Source: Candidatus Iainarchaeum sp.
GTDB lineage: Archaea > Iainarchaeota > Iainarchaeia > Iainarchaeales > UBA10219
Direction: 5' to 3'
DNA: 64,000 nt
NCBI GenBank assembly: GCA_018304425.1
Contig: JAGVWE010000002.1
Location: 384,001-448,000, forward strand
A model generated the notes under the pieces. The model made no database searches. It saw nothing but the letters and a program-made list of their open reading frames with translations, and was not told where the DNA came from. Every line of letters starts with the position of its first letter. Within the stretch, counting starts at the first letter, position 1. Position numbers and translations under genes: made by a program. Shown here piece by piece: positions 1 through 8,416 of the stretch.

Positions 1-476
1 TTTTTGAGATTCTCGTCCGAAAAGGCCGGCTGCCGCTCAAACAACACGTCATGATACGCCCAGAACTTGCCCTGCTCATTGGCGCAATTGGCGGCCAAAG
101 CCGCCTTACAGGCAAATGGGTGGAGCTGCCGCTGCAAGGCCGGATTGCAACCCATGTCCAGCGGAAAGTCACGATAGACCAACCGCACCCGGTCCTTGAA
201 ATCAGCCAACACCTTTTTCACGGTGGGCTCGGCGGCCTTGCAAGCCGGGCACTGGAAGTCAGAAAATTCAACGATGACGGCTTTGGCCTCCTTAGGGCCG
301 ATGAACGGGTCATCGTCTTCCAGGTTCGCGGTGACCAACGGTGGCACGGGCTTGCTGAAAAAATTGAAGTATAAGACCACCAACAAGAGCAGGACCAAGG
401 CACCAATGAAGTAATTCGTGTAATCCGTCTTTTCCTTTACCGCCTTCGCCGATTTCATCTTCTTCAACCGCGTCAT
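1..476 (-). CDS. DsbA/thioredoxin-fold membrane-anchored protein (3' end runs off the window)
   Basis: Translated by hand: MTRLKK...TM helix...IVEFSDFQCPAC...RDFPL...EQGKFWAYHD, a DsbA-family CxxC signature. Confidence 0.88.
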   Translation of the reverse strand, partial: MTRLKKMKSAKAVKEKTDYTNYFIGALVLLLLVVLYFNFFSKPVPPLVTANLEDDDPFIGPKEAKAVIVEFSDFQCPACKAAEPTVKKVLADFKDRVRLVYRDFPLDMGCNPALQRQLHPFACKAALAANCANEQGKFWAYHDVLFERQPAFSDENLK

Positions 477-507
477 TGCAATGACCTTCCTACGTCACAT
501 TTAAAAT

Positions 508-1206
508 TCAAGCATGCAAGCCCTTGCACAATTCCGCCAAAGCCCTAGCAGGGGAAGCCGCCCGAACAACGCCTGAAGCAACGAAAACGCCCGAAGTACC
601 CAGTTCAAGGGCTTTCTCGACGTCTGCCCCTGACTTGATGCCCGCCCCGGTAATGACGCATATAGCCGGATTTACGGATTTAACAGCTGAAACCGTGGAA
701 GCGATGACTTCCGGCTTGGCCGTTGAAACCGAAACATTTCCACCAATGAGTTCAGGCGGTTCCACCGCGACAAAGTCCGGTGAAAAGGCCGCTACCTCTC
801 GCGCCCTAGCCGTAGTCTCGGCACAAACCATGACCAGGAGGCCGGCCGCATGCGCACGGGCAATGGCTGCCTGAATAAAGTCGTTGGAACGCTTGTTTTC
901 CGCGTGATTGAGGATGGTGCCCTTGGCGCCAGCCTGCCTGACCCCTTCAGGCAGGATGTGACCGGTGCAGGCACCAAAAGAAACGGGGTCCAGGTGCTGG
1001 GCAAACACAGGCAAGGAAACGGCGCGCGAAACCGGGAAAAGGTCTGGGGCCTGCACTACCAAGGCAATGGTGGTTTTTGTTTTCCTGGCCACCTTCTCCG
1101 CCAACCTGGCCAGGGCCAATGCCTGCTTACCAGTGGCCTCGGCATAGGCCTTGAAGTTTAGGAAAAGAACCGGTGTTCCCAGCCTTGCACGCTTCGGGGG
1201 CCCCAT
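508..1206 (-). CDS. tpiA: Triosephosphate isomerase, archaeal short type
   Basis: NFKAY, LNHAE, AVEPPELIG and GAGI motifs; about 230 aa. Confidence 0.95.
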   Translation of the reverse strand: MGPPKRARLGTPVLFLNFKAYAEATGKQALALARLAEKVARKTKTTIALVVQAPDLFPVSRAVSLPVFAQHLDPVSFGACTGHILPEGVRQAGAKGTILNHAENKRSNDFIQAAIARAHAAGLLVMVCAETTARAREVAAFSPDFVAVEPPELIGGNVSVSTAKPEVIASTVSAVKSVNPAICVITGAGIKSGADVEKALELGTSGVFVASGVVRAASPARALAELCKGLHA

Positions 1207-1257
1207 ACAAGCGTTACTGCACCATATGCCTTAAATACCCTCGGCGGCAACGGTTTT

Positions 1258-3147
1258 ATGGGCATGGCTCCGCCTAAAACAATTTTAGCTGGGTTAAAGG
1301 AACGAGTAAAGGCCTATCAATCGGACGCTGATTTCAGGCTAATAGAGCGAGCCGTGGACCTGGCAAGCGAAGCGCTCAAGGAAAGAGCGAGCGAAAAACT
1401 TGCCCCCTCGGTGGATGTCGCCGGGCTGCTTGCCGACCTTCGCCTCGGCGAAAAAACCCTTGCCGCGGAACTGGTGCAGCCCTGCCTACTGGAAGGCACC
1501 CTAGACCGGAAACGCATCGAAGCCGAACTTGGCAGGGAAGCCGCTGACCTCGCGTGGGAACTGGCAAAAACAAACGTTGCCCTCGCGGAAGGCAACCCGG
1601 AAAAAACGGGGCGGTTACTGCTCGCCCTAACCCATGATTTCCGGCTTGTTCTGATGGCCTTGACCGAGCGCAGGGTGCTCCTTGAACGCACGCTGCGCGC
1701 AAAAGCCGATGCCCGAGACCTGGCCTCGGAAGTCCTTGAAAACTATGCCCCCTTGGCGGAAAAGCTTGGGGTGTATTCCCTGCGATGTGCGCTCGAAGAC
1801 ATGGCATTCAAGGCGCTGCATCCAGAGCAATACCTGGAACTGGAGTCCAGGCTCCGGCAAAGCGAAAAAAGCCGGGAACGGGAATTAGAGACCGCCATAG
1901 AAACCCTGTCCGCAGAGCTGGCGCGGACAAAAATTGAGGCCAGGGTCGAAAGCCGGTTCAAGCACTTGTATGGAACGTACTCGAAGATGAAACGAAAAGG
2001 CATCCCCCTCGAACAAGTGTATGACCTCAATGCGGTGCGGGTGATAACCCACTCGCTGGAAGCCTGTTACACCGTGCTCGGCATCGTGCACGCCCTGTGG
2101 AAGCCCATCCCCGACCAGTTCGATGACTACATCGCGAAACCCAAGCAGAACTATTACCAATCACTGCACACGGCAGTTCTAAGCGGGAAGGGTATGCCCT
2201 TTGAGGTCCAGATCCGCACGGAAGAAATGCACAATTTCGCCGAATACGGGGTTGCTGCCCACTGGCGGTACAAGGGAGCCAAAGAAGCCAAACACCACGA
2301 CCAGAAGCTTGAATTGATTCGGCAAGTCATTCACTGGGCGGCGAAAGCGGATGGTAGCACTCCAACCGAAGGAATGAAAGTGCAGTTGTTCGGGAACCAG
2401 ATAAACGTTTTCACCCCAAAAGGAGACACCATTTCGCTGTGCAGGGGCGCAACCGCGTTGGACTTCGCCTACGCCATCCACTCAGACCTTGGCAACAAGG
2501 CCTACCAGGTTAAAATCAACGGGAAACTGGCTTCCCTCGAACACGAGTTGTCCGCTGGCGACACCGTTGAAATACTTACATCAGCCAAACAAACCCCCAA
2601 ACGCGCCTGGCTTGCGATGGCCAAAACCGAGAAAGCCAGGAAAAAAATCATGCAAGCCATCCACCTGCAAAAAGGGGCTGCGCCGCCCAGTCCCATCCAG
2701 GGAAAGGGAATGGCTATCAAGATAACAGGCAAGCAAAAAAACGTGAAACTGGCTGGATGCTGCAAGCCATTACCCAGCGACCGCGTCGTTGGTTACCGGA
2801 CAACGAAACGGAAACTCATCGTGCATTCCGTGACCTGCCAGGAGTTAGCCAAACAAAAAGAGTTGGGCCGGTTAGTGAATGTGGATTGGGGAAAGCGTGT
2901 CGGTGGCAAATACTCGCTTGAATTGAAGGTGTTTGCCGCTGACCGCCCTAGTCTGCTTGTCGACCTGCTGAATGTAATCTCCGGCGAAAAGGCAAACGTC
3001 AAGGCGGCCAACACGAAAACCTCTTCAAAGGGAACCGCGCTGTCAGTTTTTGTCATGGAACACACGGATATGGCGCGCCTTGAAAAAATAGTGGAAGGCC
3101 TAAAAAGGATCCGCGGCGTAAAAGAAGTCACGCTGGTCGGCTCCTAA
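1258..3147 (+). CDS. relA: Long RelA/SpoT homologue: degenerate HD, (p)ppGpp synthetase, TGS, ZFD and ACT domains
   Basis: RFKHLYG..KM, DLNAVRV, DDYIAKPKQNYYQSLHT, EVQIRT..MH..AEYGVAAHWRYK, FTPKG..DFAYAIH, AGCCKP..VH..C, DRPSLL. Confidence 0.92.
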   Translation: MGMAPPKTILAGLKERVKAYQSDADFRLIERAVDLASEALKERASEKLAPSVDVAGLLADLRLGEKTLAAELVQPCLLEGTLDRKRIEAELGREAADLAWELAKTNVALAEGNPEKTGRLLLALTHDFRLVLMALTERRVLLERTLRAKADARDLASEVLENYAPLAEKLGVYSLRCALEDMAFKALHPEQYLELESRLRQSEKSRERELETAIETLSAELARTKIEARVESRFKHLYGTYSKMKRKGIPLEQVYDLNAVRVITHSLEACYTVLGIVHALWKPIPDQFDDYIAKPKQNYYQSLHTAVLSGKGMPFEVQIRTEEMHNFAEYGVAAHWRYKGAKEAKHHDQKLELIRQVIHWAAKADGSTPTEGMKVQLFGNQINVFTPKGDTISLCRGATALDFAYAIHSDLGNKAYQVKINGKLASLEHELSAGDTVEILTSAKQTPKRAWLAMAKTEKARKKIMQAIHLQKGAAPPSPIQGKGMAIKITGKQKNVKLAGCCKPLPSDRVVGYRTTKRKLIVHSVTCQELAKQKELGRLVNVDWGKRVGGKYSLELKVFAADRPSLLVDLLNVISGEKANVKAANTKTSSKGTALSVFVMEHTDMARLEKIVEGLKRIRGVKEVTLVGS

Positions 3148-3194
3148 TGGGTTGTTTTTAAATAGTGGTTTGACTTACATACTGTGGTGAAGCC

Positions 3195-3923
3195 ATGCAA
3201 CGAATGCCTACAGGGATTCCTGGCTTGGATGAGTTGATGGAAGGCGGGCTGCCCCTAGGCAGAATAATCGCCGTTTTGGGCAACAGCGGCTCCGGTAGAA
3301 GCATTTTGGGCCTCCAGTGCCTCCACACCGGCGCCAAGAAGTTCTCGGAGCCCGGCCTTTATGTAACGCTTGGCGCACCTGCCGCGCAGGTCCGGCAAGA
3401 GGCACTGCGTTTCGGATGGAATTTGCGAAAGCTGGAAGAGCAAAACATGTTGCAGTTCCTTGATGGAAGCAAGACCAAGCAGGGGCTACCCGGCGAAGAA
3501 GATTTTTCCCTGCAGCCCCTGGGCTTTGACTTGGACCGGCTTCTCCTTGAAATCATGCGGACCGCCAAACGAATCGGTGCAAAACGGTTAGTTTTTGACT
3601 CCCTGCCTACGCTTGGCTTCAACTACGAACGACCGCTGGAAGTGAACCAGGCACTGTTTAAACTGGTGGAAGCCTGCCGGCGCCTGGGGGTTACAACCCT
3701 CCTAATAGGCGATAATAGCCTGGAATCTGGCAAGGGACATGAACAGGCGGTTGCGGAAACCCTGGCCGATGGCATCATAGTATTGAATCGTGGTGGCCCT
3801 GGCCAAAAGCGAACCCTCCACATCCGGAAGATGCGAGCCACGCATCACGCGGATTCACTACACACCTTGGAAATAACCGAAAATGGTGTGGCCGTGGGCC
3901 CGGCATTGAGCCCCCTGGGCTGA
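3195..3923 (+). CDS. KaiC/RAD55-like single-domain ATPase with degenerate motifs
   Basis: TGIPGLDELMEGGLP, Walker A GNSGSGRS, LVFDS, ADGII, RKMRAT. Confidence 0.85.
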   Translation: MQRMPTGIPGLDELMEGGLPLGRIIAVLGNSGSGRSILGLQCLHTGAKKFSEPGLYVTLGAPAAQVRQEALRFGWNLRKLEEQNMLQFLDGSKTKQGLPGEEDFSLQPLGFDLDRLLLEIMRTAKRIGAKRLVFDSLPTLGFNYERPLEVNQALFKLVEACRRLGVTTLLIGDNSLESGKGHEQAVAETLADGIIVLNRGGPGQKRTLHIRKMRATHHADSLHTLEITENGVAVGPALSPLG

Positions 3924-3928
3924 ACTGC

Positions 3929-4987
3929 TCAAAGCTTCCTTTCAATCAAATAGTCGGCGAACGCCCGCAGTGTTTCCTTGGCAGGCGAGGCGGGAAGCGA
4001 TTTTTCCACCTTTGCCCAGCTCGATTTAACCAAGGCCGAAGCCCGCTTGGCCGCATACTCGAACGCACCGGACGCGGCAATCAGTCGAATGGCTTCACGA
4101 ATGGAGGCGGGGGATTTTCTCTTTGCCTGAATGATGGTCAGCAGTCGGCGGCGCGCAACGGGAGGAGAATGCTTTACAGCGTGAATGAACACCAGGCTGC
4201 GCTTTCCTTCCACGATGTCTTCTCCGCGGTCCTTCCCCCATCCAGTAGAAGGCCGGAGATTGAGGACATCATCCTGTATCTGGAATGCGACACCCGCCGT
4301 GGCGGCAAAGCGGCCGAGCACCTTCACTTGCTTGGCTGTGCCACCCCCGAGGATGGCGCCAAGTTTTGCCGCCATGCAGGCAAGGGCCCCGGTCTTGTAC
4401 TCGCACATTTGCAGGTAATCGGCTTCGCTGACGTCCTTCTTTTTCCCGTTGTGCCAGTAGATGTCCATGGCCTGGCCAAAGGACAGCTTAAGCATCTGCT
4501 CGCAGTAAACGTCGTACACCGAGGACTTGACCTTTACATTAAGGCCTGAGCTGCCATGGAATAGGGGGTACAACGGCAAATAGTACAAGGTGTTCCCGGC
4601 ATTAAGGGCCAGGTCCAAGCCGAACTTCACGTGAACGGCCGGTTTGCCGCGCCGCTTGACCGAGCCATCTTCCACGTCGTCCACGATAAGCGTTCCGTTG
4701 TGGACGAGTTCCGGAATGGCCGCGAACTTCAAGGCCTTTTTCCGGCTGCCACCCACGGCCTCACAGCACAACACCAACAAGGCTGGCCTCCAGCGCTTTC
4801 CCCCCCTGTCCAGCAAATCCCAGGCCGGCCTTGAAACCGCTTGGGTCACCGTTTCAGCATCGAAGGCCAACTCGGGGCGCCCCAAGGCCTTGACCACCCA
4901 GGAACGGGACAGCCTGCGGGGAAGGATACGCTCCAGCTCGCGGTTGATTACTGGGGCCTGTCGCTTCAGGAAACGCTCGATGTCCAT
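3929..4987 (-). CDS. idsA: Polyprenyl (GGPP-type) diphosphate synthase
   Basis: GGKRWRP, DDVED..RRG, GQAMD, YKTG, FQIQDD. Confidence 0.9.
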   Translation of the reverse strand: MDIERFLKRQAPVINRELERILPRRLSRSWVVKALGRPELAFDAETVTQAVSRPAWDLLDRGGKRWRPALLVLCCEAVGGSRKKALKFAAIPELVHNGTLIVDDVEDGSVKRRGKPAVHVKFGLDLALNAGNTLYYLPLYPLFHGSSGLNVKVKSSVYDVYCEQMLKLSFGQAMDIYWHNGKKKDVSEADYLQMCEYKTGALACMAAKLGAILGGGTAKQVKVLGRFAATAGVAFQIQDDVLNLRPSTGWGKDRGEDIVEGKRSLVFIHAVKHSPPVARRRLLTIIQAKRKSPASIREAIRLIAASGAFEYAAKRASALVKSSWAKVEKSLPASPAKETLRAFADYLIERKL

Positions 4988-4991
4988 GGAA

Positions 4992-6458
4992 TCACTTGAG
5001 TGGTTTCATTTGGGGAAAGAAAATAATTTCCCGAATTGTTTTCGCGCCGGTCAACAACATGCAGAGGCGATCTATTCCAATTCCCAGGCCTGCGGCCGGC
5101 GGCATTCCGTAACGCATGGCGGCCACGAAATCCATGTCGATGGGGTGGTTCTCCCCTTTGGCAACGCCCTGGTCTGCCTGTTCCAAGAAAATCTTTTCCT
5201 GGTGCACGGGGTCGTTCAACTCTGAGTACGCGTTGGCGACTTCCCACCCGTTAATGAAGGGCTCAAACCGCTCGATGAGGTCCGGGTTGCCCCTTTTTTC
5301 CTTGCATAGCGGCGTGGTTTCCTTTGGGTGATCAATGATGAAAACCGGCTGGACCAGCTTCTCCTCCACCGTCTTGGAAAAGAGTTCGGCAATGGCGAGC
5401 CCCCGCTTGAATGGCATGACTTCCGCCTGGTGCTCTGCCAGCAGCCGCTTGAGGTCGGCATCGGAAAGTCTTTCGACATCCAAGCCCGCAAACCGTTTAA
5501 GGGCATCATATAGGGCGATACGGGGCCATGGAGCCTTCAGGTCGATTTCCTTCCCCTCAAAGGAAATCTTGGTGGTACCATTCACTTCCAGCGCGGCAGA
5601 CTCGAAGAGCTTTTCGGTCAATTCCATTAAATCATTGTAATCCCAGTAGGCGGCATAGCATTCCATCATCGTGAACTCAGGGTTGTGAGTCTTGTCCACA
5701 TCCTCGTTTCGGAAGTTTTTGCAGATCGTATAAACCTTGTCATAGCCGCCCATCAGCAGGCGCTTGAGGTAAAGCTCTGGCGAGATGGAAAGGAAGAAAT
5801 CCGATTTCCATGCGTGGGATTTCGTGATGAACGGCCGTGCATTGGCTCCTCCGTAAACCGATTGAAGGGTCGGTATTTCCACTTCCATGAAACCATAGGA
5901 CTCCAGGAACCGGCGGACGAAAGAAACGATTTTAGAGCGCTTGACGAATAGCTCGCGCACTTCAGGGTTCATGATCAAGTCCAGGTGGCGCTTGCGGTGC
6001 CGCTCCTCGATGTCCTGGAGGCCGGACCATTTCTCCGGCAGCGGCTCGATGGACTTAGCTAACACCTCAACATTTTCAAGGAAAACTGACAACTCGCCCT
6101 TGGCCGTGCGATGCACCCTGCCAGTCGCGCCCACAAAGTCGCCAACATCCACGAGGCCCAACAAGTCAATAACTTGTGCTGGCGTCTTATCCGCGGTGGC
6201 CATTAGTTGGACTCTTGCGCTGTGATCCCGAATATCCAGGAAGAACAACTTTCCGAAGCCCCTCTTGGCCATGACCCTGCCGCAAATTTTTACGCGCTGG
6301 CCCAGCATTTCGCCAGGCTGGACCCCCTCGAACTTCTGGTGGAATTCCTGGTTGGTGTGGGTGCGCTCAAATTTATAGGGGTATGGGTTGATGGCTTTGG
6401 TGCGCAAGGCCCCCAGGTGGTCCAGCTTGCTTTTTACCAAATCGCTTTCACGACCCAT
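4992..6458 (-). CDS. lysS: Lysine--tRNA ligase, class II
   Basis: OB-fold N-terminus, YGGANARPF, FRNE..HNPEF, GLGIGIDR. Confidence 0.95.
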   Translation of the reverse strand: MGRESDLVKSKLDHLGALRTKAINPYPYKFERTHTNQEFHQKFEGVQPGEMLGQRVKICGRVMAKRGFGKLFFLDIRDHSARVQLMATADKTPAQVIDLLGLVDVGDFVGATGRVHRTAKGELSVFLENVEVLAKSIEPLPEKWSGLQDIEERHRKRHLDLIMNPEVRELFVKRSKIVSFVRRFLESYGFMEVEIPTLQSVYGGANARPFITKSHAWKSDFFLSISPELYLKRLLMGGYDKVYTICKNFRNEDVDKTHNPEFTMMECYAAYWDYNDLMELTEKLFESAALEVNGTTKISFEGKEIDLKAPWPRIALYDALKRFAGLDVERLSDADLKRLLAEHQAEVMPFKRGLAIAELFSKTVEEKLVQPVFIIDHPKETTPLCKEKRGNPDLIERFEPFINGWEVANAYSELNDPVHQEKIFLEQADQGVAKGENHPIDMDFVAAMRYGMPPAAGLGIGIDRLCMLLTGAKTIREIIFFPQMKPLK

Positions 6459-6608
6459 GCTAGTACTGCCTCAACCACATAAAATGCAGGGGAAGCCTTA
6501 AATAGGTTGAGAACAACGGATTGGACTGGGGGGACGAATTTCCAACCAAACCAAATAGCCTAAAAAAGTGGCCAAAAGGGCAATTAATTCACTTTTTGTG
6601 CTGCATCC

Positions 6609-7127
6609 TTACTTTTTGGCCGCTTTTCCGGCATGACTCGCCGCCAATGCTACATACTCACAGGCATTGGCCCTCAGGCCCCGGATCTCGGCTTTGGACA
6701 GCTTGCGCTTGACTTTGGCTGGTACGCCCATGACCAGCGACCCTGTCGGGATACGCATGCCCTCGGTTACCACCGCACCAGCCGCCACGAGGCAATTCCG
6801 GCCGATGCGGGCCCGATTCAAGACGATGGAGCCCATGCCGATAATACAATTGGAACCAATCACGCAACCGTGCACGATGGCGCCATGGCCAATGGAAACG
6901 CCGTCCCCGATTTTAATCGGTGCCTTCCTTGACACGTGTAGTGACGCGTTGTCCTGGATGTTGGTCTTGGCTCCAATGTTAATCTTGTTGAGGTCCGCCC
7001 TGATTACGGCGTGCAACCACACGCTTGAATCTGCTCCGATGGAAACCCGGCCAACCACGGCCGCCAGCGGGTGAACGAACGCGCGCCGAGCCAGCCTCGG
7101 AAAAACGGATCCGAATGGAAACAACAT
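6609..7127 (-). CDS. Gamma carbonic anhydrase family (hexapeptide repeat) protein
   Basis: IRAD, NIQDNASLH, IGHGAIVHGC, GVPAK. Confidence 0.9.
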   Translation of the reverse strand: MLFPFGSVFPRLARRAFVHPLAAVVGRVSIGADSSVWLHAVIRADLNKINIGAKTNIQDNASLHVSRKAPIKIGDGVSIGHGAIVHGCVIGSNCIIGMGSIVLNRARIGRNCLVAAGAVVTEGMRIPTGSLVMGVPAKVKRKLSKAEIRGLRANACEYVALAASHAGKAAKK

Positions 7128-7131
7128 TGTT

Positions 7132-7983
7132 TCACCTGTACTCAAAAAAACCGGCATGCGTTTTCAGGCCCAGCTTTCCCTGCCTGACCTTCTCGACCAA
7201 GATTTTTGGCGGCTGGAGCGCGCCCTGGCCTGGCTGGCAACCGAGTTGCTGAATGGATTCCAGACAGTGGTCAAGGCCGATAGCATCCGCCAATTCAAAA
7301 ACGCCCTGACGCCCGCCCTGCCGGAACCGTATAACCAAGTCCAGGTCCGTAGGCGAAACAATCCCTTCCTCCACCAAATGGCATGCCTCACACAACGTGA
7401 CCAGAAACAGCCGTTCACTGACCAGTCCTGGCACGTTGTTCACCACGATTGGCGACTTCCCCAAAAAACAGAAAAACTCGCGCAACGATTCCAGGGTCTT
7501 GTCGGAAGTGCGGCTTCCACGGGATAGTTCAACCAACCGGGAAGCATTTACAGGCTTTGGAAAATGGGCGCCCGCAAACCGGGAAGGGTTTGAAATGGAG
7601 CCCGACACGGAACCAAGAGAAAAAATGGCGGAGTTGGTGCAAAAAATCGTTGAAGGCGAACAGACGCTGTCCAGCTCAAGGAAGGCGTTTGCCTTTTTCT
7701 GCAGGTTTTCCGGCAGCACCTCCAAAACAAGGTCTGCCCGGGCCGCCGCATTATAATGAATGGCGGTTGTGATGTGGTCTAATGCCCCCACCCTTTTTTC
7801 GATGGGAATTCCTTCTAGTGTGTACAAGTTCTCCAGGGTGGCGTTTACCCGCTTCATGGCCTCTTGAAGGAGGTCTTCCCGTACATCAATCAAGGTCACG
7901 GAAATGCCTGCAAGGGAAACGAGTGCTGCCAAGGCCACCCCTGTTTCCCCTGCCCCGACGATGGCGATGTTTTTCGGCAACAT
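7132..7983 (-). CDS. 3-hydroxyacyl-CoA dehydrogenase family protein
   Basis: GAGETG Rossmann motif, EVLPENLQKK, TNS, GAHF..P..LVE, GLKTHAGFF. Confidence 0.85.
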   Translation of the reverse strand: MLPKNIAIVGAGETGVALAALVSLAGISVTLIDVREDLLQEAMKRVNATLENLYTLEGIPIEKRVGALDHITTAIHYNAAARADLVLEVLPENLQKKANAFLELDSVCSPSTIFCTNSAIFSLGSVSGSISNPSRFAGAHFPKPVNASRLVELSRGSRTSDKTLESLREFFCFLGKSPIVVNNVPGLVSERLFLVTLCEACHLVEEGIVSPTDLDLVIRFRQGGRQGVFELADAIGLDHCLESIQQLGCQPGQGALQPPKILVEKVRQGKLGLKTHAGFFEYR

Positions 7984-7994
7984 GTTTCCACGAA

Positions 7995-8068
7995 TGGGGC
8001 TGGCGTGATTTGAACACGCGACACACCGGTCTTCAGCCGATTGCTCTCCCAGGCTGAGCTACAGCCCC
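7995..8068 (-). tRNA. tRNA-Phe(GAA)
   Basis: GGGGCTG/CAGCCCC acceptor stem, CT-GAA-GA anticodon loop, GTTCAAATC T-loop. Confidence 0.93.
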
Positions 8069-8134
8069 GATTTTCTCGGGCTGTGCCATGCAACGCATGG
8101 CACGTTTTCCCAGGGCTTTTGTAAAAAGCCCTAG

Positions 8135-8208
8135 CGAGCCCAGAGGGATTTGAACCCTCGACACCCTGGTTAAGAGCCAGGTGCTCTACCAAGCTGAGCT
8201 ATGGGCCC
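8135..8208 (-). tRNA. tRNA-Lys(CTT)
   Basis: Cloverleaf with anticodon arm CCTGG-CTCTTAA-CCAGG. Confidence 0.95.
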
Positions 8209-8233
8209 GAATGACTTCCTTTCCGGACGCGAG

Positions 8234-8307
8234 CGAGCCCGCGGGGATTTGAACCCCGGACACCTTGGTTAAAAGCCAAGTGCTCTGCCAGGCTGAGCTA
8301 CGGGCCC
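8234..8307 (-). tRNA. tRNA-Lys(TTT)
   Basis: Cloverleaf with anticodon arm CTTGG-CTTTTAA-CCAAG. Confidence 0.95.
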
Positions 8308-8416
8308 CTTGAGGCCAAGGCCGCCTCTAAAAGGCTGAAAACCCCTTGTGTTGGCCAAAAAAGGAATCAAACGAATTATGCCTGAAAGGGGTTTAAAATG
8401 CTTGTGCTGCCGGGCT

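Noticed and set aside
1258-3147. Bacterial contamination as the source of the RSH gene
   Set aside because: It is flanked closely by archaeal genes and TATA-like promoters with similar composition; read support is still needed to exclude it formally
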